64,000 nt of DNA from Acidobacteriota bacterium (GCA_016191085.1 JACPPJ010000013.1:9415-73414); one strand, 5' to 3'. Numbered from the stretch's first letter, positions 10,435 to 20,848 are shown. Made by a program: numbers and translations. Notes: generated by a model from the letters alone, not told the origin.

Positions 10435-10842
10435 GTGAGTATGGCCAAGCGGGGCAAAGCCGCTTACATGATTTCAGCGGTGGCGCAGACCTACAACATC
10501 CATCCGCAGACGCTGCGTTTATATGAGCGAGAGGGCTTGCTAAAGCCGTTGCGCACCGAGGGCAATACTCGGCTTTACACCCAAGAAGATATTGAACGCT
10601 TGGAACTCATATTAAGTTTGACGCGCGATATGGGTGTGAATTTGGCGGGTGTCGAAGTCGTGCTGAACATGCGCGAGAAGATGGAACGGATGCAACGGCA
10701 AATGGAGGACTTTGTCCGGCTGCTGCAACGCGAACTGGCCAACCCTCAGCGGGGGACGGCTGACGAGATCAAGAATGCCCTCGTGCGGCTGATGCCTCGT
10801 CATCCAGCCCCGGTGCAACACCATAATAAGAAGTCACAGTAG
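10435..10842 (+). CDS. hspR: MerR-family heat-shock repressor HspR
   Basis: MerR HTH (YMISAVAQTYNIHPQTLRLYEREGLLKPLRTEGNTRLYTQEDIERLELI), located directly after dnaJ as in dnaK-dnaJ-hspR operons. Confidence 0.8.
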   Translation: MSMAKRGKAAYMISAVAQTYNIHPQTLRLYEREGLLKPLRTEGNTRLYTQEDIERLELILSLTRDMGVNLAGVEVVLNMREKMERMQRQMEDFVRLLQRELANPQRGTADEIKNALVRLMPRHPAPVQHHNKKSQ

Positions 10843-10962
10843 TGGCGACTCCTGCCCTGGTATGCGGTGAGGGGCACAAGCCCGCCACACTCGCGGAGCG
10901 AAACTTGCCCATCGGTTCGCGGGACCGCTAAGATAGATCTTCACGTCCCCCGGATGCAATAG

Positions 10963-11643
10963 ATGAAATTTCTGAAGGCGAAGCCCTCCATCGAGCTGCT
11001 CATTTTCGATCTAGACGGCACTCTCATCGATTCCAAGGCTGATCTAGTCAATAGCGTGAACGCCACGCTGGAATACCTTGGCCGCAACCGGCTCGAAGAC
11101 GAGACGATTTACTCCTACGTCGGCAATGGCGCGCCGGCTCTGATCGCGAAGGCGCTCGGTCCCCAAGCTACCGAGCGTGAAATCGAACAGGGCCTCGATT
11201 ACTTCCTTTCCTACTACCGCGAGCACAAGCTGGACAACACCACGCTGTATCCGGGAGTACGTGAAACTCTCGCCAAACTAGCCAATGGCACGCATTCCCT
11301 TGAGCGCATTATGGCGGTGCTCAGTAACAAGCCCGTGTATCCGAGCCGAGAAATACTGAGCGGCCTCGGCCTATCGTCGTTCTTCCGATATATCTATGGC
11401 GGAAACAGCTTCGATACTAAGAAGCCCGACCCCTTGGGCTTGAACTATATCCTCGAACAAGCTGGCGTCGAACCCTCCGCGGCGATGATGGTGGGCGATT
11501 CCGACGTGGACATCCTTACAGGCATCAATGCCGGCGCATGGACCTGCGCAGTCACGCACGGCTTCGGCACTCTGAGCCTCGAAACGATCCCACCCGACCT
11601 GGTCGTGGACAGCTTGCCTGAACTGGCGGACGCGCTGTCATAG
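10963..11643 (+). CDS. HAD-IA hydrolase, phosphoglycolate-phosphatase-like
   Basis: HAD motif I LIFDLDGTLIDS, motif II VLSNK, motif IV MVGDSDVD. Confidence 0.8.
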   Translation: MKFLKAKPSIELLIFDLDGTLIDSKADLVNSVNATLEYLGRNRLEDETIYSYVGNGAPALIAKALGPQATEREIEQGLDYFLSYYREHKLDNTTLYPGVRETLAKLANGTHSLERIMAVLSNKPVYPSREILSGLGLSSFFRYIYGGNSFDTKKPDPLGLNYILEQAGVEPSAAMMVGDSDVDILTGINAGAWTCAVTHGFGTLSLETIPPDLVVDSLPELADALS

Positions 11644-11777
11644 AACAGGCCATCACTTTTCCTCACACTGTACGGCAACAAGTCCGCCGCAATCAACCTC
11701 CACATTGGCAAACGCAGCGTTCACGGTGTAGAATCGCGCATACTTGGCCATCGGAACAGCCAGTCGGAGGTGAACCT

Positions 11778-12878
11778 GTGAAGCGTCTACATGTACTTAC
11801 ATTGTTGTTGTTTTGCGCTATCGCCATTGGCGTTTGGAACCCGTTCTCATACGATGCCCACGGGCAGGCGGCGCTGACGTCGCCCGACTTCCAGGTGGAT
11901 CCATTCTGGCCCAAGCCACTGCCTAATGACTGGGTGACCGGCAACGTCGGTGGAACCTGCGTCGACAAGAACGATCACGTGTTCATCACCAACCGCACCG
12001 CCGATCCCGAAAATCTTACGCCGAACGAAAAAGCGGTCGGCAGGCCGGCGCCGCCCGTCATCGAATTTGATCCTGAGGGAAATGTTGTAAATTCTTGGGG
12101 CGACTTCAAAGTGGTTCCGAGCGGCATTCACGACTGCTATTTCGATCACGAGGGTAACGTCTGGATCGGCGGCAATACGGACGCTCTCGCGCAGAAATAT
12201 TCACGCGACGGCAAACTGCTGCTCCAGATCGGAACCAAGGGCAAGTTTGACAGCGCGGATAATTCCGAAAAAGCACCTGGGTTGAACTCCAGCCATACGC
12301 TGCTCAACAAGCCCGCCAGCTTTGCGGTGGATCCAACTAATGGCGACGTATACATAGCCGACGGCTACGGCAACAGGCGCGTAGTCATTTTCGACAAGAA
12401 GGGCAATTATGTTCGCCAATTCGGAAGGCAGGCAACGAAGGACGAGACCGCGCAAGGCGTCGGTGGCGCCTTCGAGCAAGTAGTCCATTGCATCGTCATG
12501 GGCAATGATGGCCTGCTGTATGTTTGCGACCGTGAAGGCAAGCGAATCCAGGTTTTTGACAAGACCGGCAATTTCAAGAAGAACATCACCATCGGCCGCC
12601 GCCGCTCAGATCTTCCCGGAAACGGCAAGCCGTATTGGATTTTGCTATCGCGTGATCCGGGGCAAAAAACGATGTTGGTAGCCGATGGCCTCGATGAGGT
12701 CATCTGGACAATAGACCGTGAGAGCGGCAGGACGCTGCGCGGCTTTGGCCGGCTCGGTCACATGGCGGGCGAGTTTACATTCCTGCATACCATTGCCATG
12801 AATTCCAAGGGTGACCTGATCGCGGGTGAAACGATCGGCGGAAGGCGAGTGCAAAAATTTAAGGCTGTAAGAGAGTAA
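11778..12878 (+). CDS. Secreted NHL-repeat beta-propeller protein (amidating-lyase-like)
   Basis: GTG start, signal peptide (LLLFCAIAIGVWN). Repeated NHL-type units: VYIADGYGNRRVVIFDKKGNYVRQFG and LLYVCDREGKRIQVFDKTGNF. Confidence 0.7.
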   Translation: MKRLHVLTLLLFCAIAIGVWNPFSYDAHGQAALTSPDFQVDPFWPKPLPNDWVTGNVGGTCVDKNDHVFITNRTADPENLTPNEKAVGRPAPPVIEFDPEGNVVNSWGDFKVVPSGIHDCYFDHEGNVWIGGNTDALAQKYSRDGKLLLQIGTKGKFDSADNSEKAPGLNSSHTLLNKPASFAVDPTNGDVYIADGYGNRRVVIFDKKGNYVRQFGRQATKDETAQGVGGAFEQVVHCIVMGNDGLLYVCDREGKRIQVFDKTGNFKKNITIGRRRSDLPGNGKPYWILLSRDPGQKTMLVADGLDEVIWTIDRESGRTLRGFGRLGHMAGEFTFLHTIAMNSKGDLIAGETIGGRRVQKFKAVRE

Positions 12879-12953
12879 CCCTCAATGATGGCGTGGTGAC
12901 TTGCCGTCACGAGGGCACGGCGATAGTAAAGTTCAGCATGCTAGAATCGAGAC

Positions 12954-14189
<1,236 letters not shown>

Positions 14190-14203
14190 CTGAGGGAGGA
14201 CCA

Positions 14204-14464
14204 ATGAAGCGCCGGAAAATCAAAAAGGTTTACTCCTACCAGATTAACCTCGTCCCGGAAAAGGAGGGGGGATACACGGTTCTCGTACCCTTGCTGCCCG
14301 GTTGTGTCTCCTATGGCGCCACCATCGAGGAAGCCACGGAAAACGCTAAGGAAGCCATCTCGATGCACCTTGAAAACCTCGCCGCTCATAAACAGGCCAT
14401 ACCCGAAGGGCACGAAACTCCTGTGTTCACCACTCTGGTTTCGGTCACCGCCTCGCATGTCTAA
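14204..14464 (+). CDS. hicB: HicB-family antitoxin (UPF0150-type, no DNA-binding extension)
   Basis: YSYQINLVPEKEGGYTVLVPLLPGCVSYGATIEEATENAKEAISMHLENL is the typical HicB N-domain. SD GGGAGGA is upstream. Confidence 0.75.
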   Translation: MKRRKIKKVYSYQINLVPEKEGGYTVLVPLLPGCVSYGATIEEATENAKEAISMHLENLAAHKQAIPEGHETPVFTTLVSVTASHV

Positions 14465-14495
14465 AGAGCTTCCACACTCGGTTCTAATTTTGTGA
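14457..14495 (+). pseudogene. Possible hicA stub (12 codons)
   Basis: ATGTCTAA overlaps the hicB stop. It reads MSKELPHSVLIL-stop, and the opening MSK-LP--S resembles HicA N-termini. A shifted frame just downstream reads ITKSHP, which could be a remnant of the GSH motif. Very short, so weak. Confidence 0.25.
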
Positions 14496-14596
14496 ATTAC
14501 CAAGAGCCACCCTGCTTCCCATAACGGGTCATCCCGACCCCCGAATTCAACGCAGTCGATTAGATTTTAGCGTTCGGTATTGGAGAACAATCGTAG

Positions 14597-15556
14597 GTGA
14601 AGCCCAGAATTGAAGAAATCGCTCACGAATTACAAACTGACATCGATCCAATCAAGAGCGTCGATGCACTGCGTTTCGACAAACTTGTAAATCTATGCGT
14701 TGTAGCAGCAACGACGGCTCTTGACAACTCCGTCGGCCCGTACACGGAATTTGAACGTTGGCATTTTGCACAGATCTTCAAGTCCATGGGGCACAGCCAT
14801 CGATCTGTTCGGAACCTTGTCACCAAGGGCCGTGAGAACCCTGAGTCTGTGGATGCGTTGATAATCGCGAGAGCACAAATAGAGTGGGTCTTTACCGCGT
14901 ACGTTCTACTAGAGAAGCCGGAAACGTTTGCCGTTTTTCTTAAAGATGCCTGGCGGAAGAAATACATAAGATACCTCATCGAGAGGCAAGAGTGTCGCAA
15001 TCTACCACGGTTTGGCAAATTCCTAAACGAGCAAGCAGAACCCGCACTCGAAGCACTGAGGAACATTGTGAATGTGTCGGACGAGGAGAAGCAAACGATC
15101 GAAGCGGAATATCTCGGCACGGCTCTGCCAAATTCAGGCTCCAAAAAAATCCCAACGTTTCCCACACCCGGCCAAGCCTTGAGTCAAATGAAATCGCCCA
15201 CGAAGAAAGCTGTGCTTGATCGGCTTTACTTTGAGTATGTGTGGCTGTGCTCGTTCGTTCACGGCTCTCCCGAGTCTACGTTGGCCAGGGCGATGTTTGA
15301 CAAGCGTTCCAAATACATTGAATTGTTCTCAACGGACCAGCATGAAGACGCATGGCGGAAGGAGGTCGGCGAAAAAGCTGTACTGTTGAGCGTGTTGTCG
15401 GTAGGGGTTTGCACAGCCGAGTTGGTGGAAATTTACCGCTCAGACATTGAATTGCGAAGGGCAGCCGGAGAGACCTGTGGCGAGTTGGCAGAATTTAGTT
15501 TGCTGGCCCAATCCCTGTGGCAGCGTCGGCTGAAGCAAATCCTAGGAGTAATATAG
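14597..15556 (+). CDS. Hypothetical 319-aa soluble, apparently all-helical protein (unplaced; faintly AbiV/DUF5677-like)
   Basis: Long ORF (GTG start) in an AT-richer stretch. Protein-like composition, no signal peptide or TM. Segments ALIIARAQIEWVFTAYVLLEKPE and LYFEYVWLCSFVHGSPES. No motif that I can assign with confidence. Confidence 0.6.
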   Translation: MKPRIEEIAHELQTDIDPIKSVDALRFDKLVNLCVVAATTALDNSVGPYTEFERWHFAQIFKSMGHSHRSVRNLVTKGRENPESVDALIIARAQIEWVFTAYVLLEKPETFAVFLKDAWRKKYIRYLIERQECRNLPRFGKFLNEQAEPALEALRNIVNVSDEEKQTIEAEYLGTALPNSGSKKIPTFPTPGQALSQMKSPTKKAVLDRLYFEYVWLCSFVHGSPESTLARAMFDKRSKYIELFSTDQHEDAWRKEVGEKAVLLSVLSVGVCTAELVEIYRSDIELRRAAGETCGELAEFSLLAQSLWQRRLKQILGVI

Positions 15557-15605
15557 CGAGTGCGAAGGCGGGCCATTTCTGCCGTACGCTTGTGGTTTTA
15601 CGTAT

Positions 15606-15827
15606 TCAGGACCGGGGAAGTTGGTTTTTGGCGACTCTCATGAGAAAGCGAATCGCCTCGTTTACGGCCTGCGAATCGGGAAACACCGCAGCCACATCCG
15701 GCGCCAGTTGGATCGCTGGTGATGGTGGAGCCTTTCGGCCCGGTCCTCTGGCCACCACGTCGCGAGCGCGAAAATCATACTCGGGGCGGAGATCGTCCTT
15801 GGACATACCCGAAGGGTTCCTTTTCAT
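15606..15827 (-). CDS. Small BrnA-like / CopG-like putative antitoxin (orphan)
   Basis: 73 aa: ...MSKDDLRPEYDFRARDVVARG...IQLAPDVAAVFPDSQAVNEAIRFLMRVAK. This pattern (PEYDF ... LDPDVAxxFPDSxxVNxALR) is one I recall from small antitoxin-like proteins. It starts 7 nt after the cpaF stop, and no toxin gene is adjacent. Confidence 0.45.
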   Translation of the reverse strand: MKRNPSGMSKDDLRPEYDFRARDVVARGPGRKAPPSPAIQLAPDVAAVFPDSQAVNEAIRFLMRVAKNQLPRS

Positions 15828-15833
15828 GGACGA

Positions 15834-17171
15834 TTATACAGAAAGCGATTGCTCGAACAGCCCAGGCGAGACCTGCAGCCCGGCCAGGCGCATTCGTTCC
15901 AGGCAGCGCGGCTGGGCGCCCGTAGCGCGGAAGGTGCCCCGCACCGTTCCATCGGCCTCGACGCCGCTGCGCTGAAACACGAAGATATCCTGCACCAGAA
16001 TATCGAGATCGCTCAAGCCCAGGACCTCGGCGATGTGCGTCACTTTGCGGCGGCCGTCGCTGAGGCGCGCGGTCTGCACCACAATGTGAATCACTGAAGC
16101 CATTTGCTGGCGGATGAACCGGCTGGGCAGATCGAGCTTGGCCATCATGACCATAGTTTCGAGGCGGCTGAAGGCGTCCGCCGGAGAGTTGGCGTGAACC
16201 GTAGTCATGGAGCCTTCGACGCCTGTGCCCATCGCCTGTAACATGTCGAGCGCTTCGCCGCCGCGCGCCTCGCCCAATAGGATGCGGTCCGGGCGCATGC
16301 GCAGCGCGGTCATCAGGAGCTGCCGCTGCGTGATGGTTCCCTTGCCCTCAATGTTCGGCGGGCGTGTCTCCATGCGGATCACGTTCTCAAGCTGCAACTG
16401 CAACTCCGCCGTGTCTTCAATGGTGACCACGCGTTCTTCCGGGGGAATGAAGCGCGAAAGGCAATTGAGAAACGTGGTCTTGCCGGAGCCGGTGCCGCCC
16501 GAGATCACGATGTTGAAGCGGGCCTCAATGCATTTGCCCAGAAACTCCAGCATAAACGGCGCCAGCGTCTGTTTTTCGAGCAGCTCGTCGTTGGTCAGCA
16601 GCTTGCGCCCAAATCGGCGGATAGAGAGCGACGGCCCGTCTACTGCCAGCGGTGGGATGATGGCGTTCACGCGCGAGCCATCCGGCAGACGCGCGTCCAC
16701 CAGCGGCACGGATTCGTCAATGCGACGGCCCATGCTGGAAACGATTTTCTCGATGATGTGCGTAAGGTGCTTGTCGCTCTGGAAGCGGATACCCGTCTCG
16801 ACCAGCTTTCCGTGCCGCTCGATGTAGACGTTCTTACACGTATTGACCAGGATATCCGAGATGGTGGGGTCCTTTAGAAGCGGCTCCAGCGGGCCCAGTC
16901 CGAACACTTCATCGAGTATCTCCTCGACCAGTCGGTTCCGCTCGGTCATGCTGATGGGCAAGCGGTCCTCCTGAAGCATTTTCTCGAGGACGGAGCGCAC
17001 TTCGCCGCGCAGGCGGTCGCGGCTGACCGCCTTCAACGCATCCATGTTGAGCACGCCCAGGAGCTTGCCGTGAACGCGTGTCTTCAAATCAAAGTAGCGG
17101 TCCTGAGCTGCAGTGGTACCAGAAGCGATGCTCGGCGGCGGAAGGCGGTTGAGGATTGATGTGATAGCCAT
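15834..17171 (-). CDS. cpaF: CpaF/TadA-family secretion ATPase, orphan paralog
   Basis: Walker A GGTGSGKTT, Walker B-region DRILLGEARG. Roughly 60 percent identical by eye to the second cpaF at 31747. The His-box reads MGTGVEGSMTTVHAN instead of [15 protein letters not shown]. Confidence 0.9.
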   Translation of the reverse strand: MAITSILNRLPPPSIASGTTAAQDRYFDLKTRVHGKLLGVLNMDALKAVSRDRLRGEVRSVLEKMLQEDRLPISMTERNRLVEEILDEVFGLGPLEPLLKDPTISDILVNTCKNVYIERHGKLVETGIRFQSDKHLTHIIEKIVSSMGRRIDESVPLVDARLPDGSRVNAIIPPLAVDGPSLSIRRFGRKLLTNDELLEKQTLAPFMLEFLGKCIEARFNIVISGGTGSGKTTFLNCLSRFIPPEERVVTIEDTAELQLQLENVIRMETRPPNIEGKGTITQRQLLMTALRMRPDRILLGEARGGEALDMLQAMGTGVEGSMTTVHANSPADAFSRLETMVMMAKLDLPSRFIRQQMASVIHIVVQTARLSDGRRKVTHIAEVLGLSDLDILVQDIFVFQRSGVEADGTVRGTFRATGAQPRCLERMRLAGLQVSPGLFEQSLSV

Positions 17172-17185
17172 GGTCTAGCGCGAAA

Positions 17186-17314
17186 GGGCATGGCTTCAGC
17201 CATGCCGAAATCCTTGCTCTACGAGCGGCTTTAGCCGCTGAGGGGCCGGTGCACCTCAGGGGCTAAAGCCCCGTATTTGTTCCGCGTCTGATCGGCACGC
17301 CTGAAGGCGTGCCC
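17186..17314. repeat. Nested-palindrome repeat element, copy 1
   Basis: GGGCATGGCTTCAGCCATGCC ... GCGGCTTTAGCCGCTGAGG-(10 nt)-CCTCAGGGGCTAAAGCCCC ... GGCACGCCTGAAGGCGTGCCC. The outer hairpins are reverse complements of each other. Confidence 0.9.
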
Positions 17315-17393
17315 TTACGCGGACCGTGTCCATTGCAGTCATTACTCCAGTGTGCAGCACTTCGGCCTCATTGCGATGTGGCTCTGCTGCTCG

Positions 17394-20300
17394 CTAGTGG
17401 ATGGCAGCCACCGGGGCATCGGTGCTGGCGCTGCTAACTCCGCCGGTACTGATGATCACAGGCAGGTCGTCTCCCTGCTGCCGGTCGCCGGGGACGTAGA
17501 TGTTGATTTGGTAGGTTCCCACAAACCCGGGCGCTAACCCAGCATAAAGCACAGTGTACTCGCTGAATCCGATTCTGACGCTGACATTCTGCGTAGTAGG
17601 CGACAGCGGATTCGACCCGCCGGCTTGGCCGGAAGGCACGGCCGGTCTCACGGCGCCCAATCCGGTGGCATAAAGCACCAGAACTTCATCTCGACGCGCG
17701 GGATGATCGGGAGTGACGAGCGAGAAATCCCTGCTGTGATAGAGTAACGCCCGCCGTTCTCCGTTCAGGTCCATCGAGAACACGCCCGGCGCGGCGGCGC
17801 TAACTTGCACTTGAACTCCCTGGCTGACCAGTCCCAAATCGGTTGAACGCACGGTGAGCGTGACGCGGCCGGCGTTCAGTTCGGTCGGCAATTGGGCGTT
17901 GATCTGGTTGTCAGAGGTGTACAGCAGAGGGATGGCGATCTCATTGGCCGTGACACAAACACCGCCCATGGAGGTCGGCAACGGAACGGCGCTGGCGGAA
18001 TCGGAGCCCGATAGATTCGATCCAAAGATGCTGATCAGTGATCCCGGCGCAAGCTGAGGACTGTAACTGGCGCCGTTAACAACGCTGTTGGATCGGAACG
18101 ATGGCGCGCGCGGCGCCGCAGTCGCGAGCGGCACAATGCTGAGCCCGGAGAGCGTGAGCAGATAAGCATTATTGGCGCCGTCCACGCTGATGGCGCGCGG
18201 CAGCAACTGCGTTTGCCCGTTTACTCCAATTTCGCGCGATACGATGTTCGGCGGCCACAAGCGTGTGACGGTCGCGATCGATGTCTGCGTGGTGGGACTG
18301 ATGTCCATTACCTGCTCCGGGAGCTTGAACTCCCGCATAAGGACGAGATTGTTCAGGTTGATCATTTGCAACCTCTGTATCGGTACCTGGGGGTCGGCGG
18401 CCTGTATGCGGACTGCGTTCCTGCCTGCGGCGGAAGTGCCGAAGGTCAGTGTCGTCTGCGCGGCGGCACCGCCACCTCCGCCACCTACGACGGGCGGGGC
18501 TGGAGCCATTGTGCCGACAGGTCCTAACGCGGAATTGACCACCGTGTCATCCACGACGAAGAAACTGCCGTCGGGTGCTGCCGAAACCGTCCCTCGAAAT
18601 CCGGTTACCGCGCCGAGCCGTGACGCCACGAACGCGTCGGCAAGTGGATCGTACAGCCGCAGATTCCCGATGTTCCCGTTGGAATCATAAATGACAATTG
18701 CGCTGCCGTTCTCCGGCGCCAGCAAGCGGTTACGGCCCTGGATCACGTTGTTCACGTTCTGCCCCAGATTCAGACGCGGGAAGGCGCTGCGCGTTGCCAG
18801 GCTGAGTTGCCAAACGGAACCGTTACCCGGCGCCGCTCCTGCTTGCCCGGGCAGCGGCACGACCGTAAACAGGACGGCATTGCTGGATGCCGCAATCTGG
18901 CGCGGAAAGAGCGGCGTCGCGTTGATTGGGACGGGAGCCATGGGGATAGAATCCACCACCTGCATCTGGTCCAGGTCTATTACGGAGATCAGTTCGGAGC
19001 CGGAGTTGGCCACCACGAGCGTCGAAGGGTTGACCATCGCCATTGAAAGCGGGCGATTGCCCACACGAATCGGCGGCAGGAAGTTCTGATCCGCAATCGA
19101 GAACACCTCGATCTGATCCAGCGTGTAATTGGCGATGTACACACGTTGTCTGAGTTCATCCAACTGCGTCGCCACTCCCACGCCGTTGATCGGGGCGATA
19201 CTCCCGACTTGGTCGGTATCGCGGAAATTGATATTCACCAGGATGGCCGGCTCGATATTGACGGCCTCCGGCGACACCAGCACGACAGCAAATTGCTGCG
19301 TGCCGCGCGTGGTTACCGTCCGCGGATTAAATGTGATTCGCAAAGTGGAAGGAGCCAGTCCCGTTGATTGGCTGACGATCACGGGCACGTTGGCGCCGGC
19401 ATTGTTCAGCGCCGCGTTGAACGTAAGCCGGCCGCCGCCAAGATTCTGCACCTGCACTTGCGCGCTCACCAGCGCTCTATTGCAGATATTCACAGACAAA
19501 ACTACGTTCGAGGTGTCCACCGCTAAGACCGGCAGTTGGTTCAGCCGCCCGATGGGAATTACCATCAAGCCCGAAGTAGAGATGGCAAACAGATTTTGCC
19601 CATCCGGTGACGCGACGATCTTGGGGTTAATCGCTTCCGCCAGTCGCAGCCCAAGCAGCGGCGTCAGGCTGGTCGCCCTCATGAGCTGTAGGACGCCTTG
19701 GGTTGGCGCTCCCGGCACACGCCCGCCGATGCCGGGCAATACCGCCCCTCCCGGGTTCTGTGGGTTATTTGTGTTCAGTGGGTTGATGGGAGGCTGCGTC
19801 GAAAACGTCGAGTACACCGTGTTGCCATCTACCGAAAAGACGCTCCCGCCCGTCAGCACAGGGTTGAGCGAAGGCGTGCCCGCGCGGCCCAGAATAGACA
19901 TTGTCTGGGTGTCAAACAGGAATGGGCCGGCCATAAAGCGCGAGCCGTCTCCCGAAATCGAAAGTATGGCGCTGACGCCGGTCACGTTTCGCGCGCGCAC
20001 TACAGTCGCCGAGGCAACGTCATAGACGAACAGGCGTCCATTGGCGGCGTTCAACTGTGAAAGTCCGACGATCAGATTTCCGGCGGCTGAAGTTACCATC
20101 CCGGCGCGAAAGCCCGACGGAACGGCACTGCCCGGAATGTTGGGCAGCCCCGGGGGACTCGGCGGAACGGAAACAGGCAATTGAAACGGCTGGCCGGTCG
20201 CGGGATCAATACGGAACAGGCCCGCCGGTCCCAGCACCACAATTGCACCGTCATAGCCAACAGCAACGGCGTCCGGCCTGCTCGCAAGGCTGATCGTGTT

Positions 20301-20660
20301 CACGGGTTCCTGCGTATTCAAGTTGACGACGGTGATACTCCAGGGCTGGGCAGTATTGGCGTTAGCTACGTATAAGGTTTGCCCGTCAGGGCTGATGGCC
20401 AGACTCGCTGGACTGAGACCCGCGGAAATTGGACTGAGCAGCGTTCCGCCCTCGACAGAGTAAACGTCCACTCGGTTCCCGGTGAAGTTAGCGAGATAAA
20501 CCAGGCTACGTTGTTCGTCGTAGGCCAGATCGGCCACTTGCCCGACAACAGGCACCACCGTGCCGATATTTGCTGCGAAGGCACTGCTGAAGGTTAGAAA
20601 TGTCAGAAGACACATCAGCGGTAATCCGCCGCGCCAAAGCTGATTAAATGATGACTTCAT
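17394..20660 (-). CDS. Giant secreted beta-propeller-repeat protein with TIGR03437-like C-terminal domain
   Basis: Likely start MKSSFNQLWRGGLPLMCLLTFLTFSSAFA (ATG 20660). YVTN/lactonase-like repeats (LVYLANFTGNRVDVYS, TLYVANANT, RVYIANYTLDQIEVFS). C-terminus NGASYSPQLAPGSLISIFGSNL...LYAGLAPGFVGTYQINIYVP. Confidence 0.8.
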   Translation of the reverse strand: MKSSFNQLWRGGLPLMCLLTFLTFSSAFAANIGTVVPVVGQVADLAYDEQRSLVYLANFTGNRVDVYSVEGGTLLSPISAGLSPASLAISPDGQTLYVANANTAQPWSITVVNLNTQEPVNTISLASRPDAVAVGYDGAIVVLGPAGLFRIDPATGQPFQLPVSVPPSPPGLPNIPGSAVPSGFRAGMVTSAAGNLIVGLSQLNAANGRLFVYDVASATVVRARNVTGVSAILSISGDGSRFMAGPFLFDTQTMSILGRAGTPSLNPVLTGGSVFSVDGNTVYSTFSTQPPINPLNTNNPQNPGGAVLPGIGGRVPGAPTQGVLQLMRATSLTPLLGLRLAEAINPKIVASPDGQNLFAISTSGLMVIPIGRLNQLPVLAVDTSNVVLSVNICNRALVSAQVQVQNLGGGRLTFNAALNNAGANVPVIVSQSTGLAPSTLRITFNPRTVTTRGTQQFAVVLVSPEAVNIEPAILVNINFRDTDQVGSIAPINGVGVATQLDELRQRVYIANYTLDQIEVFSIADQNFLPPIRVGNRPLSMAMVNPSTLVVANSGSELISVIDLDQMQVVDSIPMAPVPINATPLFPRQIAASSNAVLFTVVPLPGQAGAAPGNGSVWQLSLATRSAFPRLNLGQNVNNVIQGRNRLLAPENGSAIVIYDSNGNIGNLRLYDPLADAFVASRLGAVTGFRGTVSAAPDGSFFVVDDTVVNSALGPVGTMAPAPPVVGGGGGGAAAQTTLTFGTSAAGRNAVRIQAADPQVPIQRLQMINLNNLVLMREFKLPEQVMDISPTTQTSIATVTRLWPPNIVSREIGVNGQTQLLPRAISVDGANNAYLLTLSGLSIVPLATAAPRAPSFRSNSVVNGASYSPQLAPGSLISIFGSNLSGSDSASAVPLPTSMGGVCVTANEIAIPLLYTSDNQINAQLPTELNAGRVTLTVRSTDLGLVSQGVQVQVSAAAPGVFSMDLNGERRALLYHSRDFSLVTPDHPARRDEVLVLYATGLGAVRPAVPSGQAGGSNPLSPTTQNVSVRIGFSEYTVLYAGLAPGFVGTYQINIYVPGDRQQGDDLPVIISTGGVSSASTDAPVAAIH

Positions 20661-20848
20661 GCAACCGGCCAATATCCAAATACCCCGTTCGGCTCCTAGA
20701 CTCAAACCACCGTGCCTGCGACGGGAACTGTGCGCGGCATGGCCCCTCAACGGTGCAGGCACCGCCCGGGCGCCACAATGCGTTAATACAATAACCCGAA
20801 TCGCCCTGAAAAGTTTCGCGAATTGTCGGCCCACGAAATGAGGTAGAG

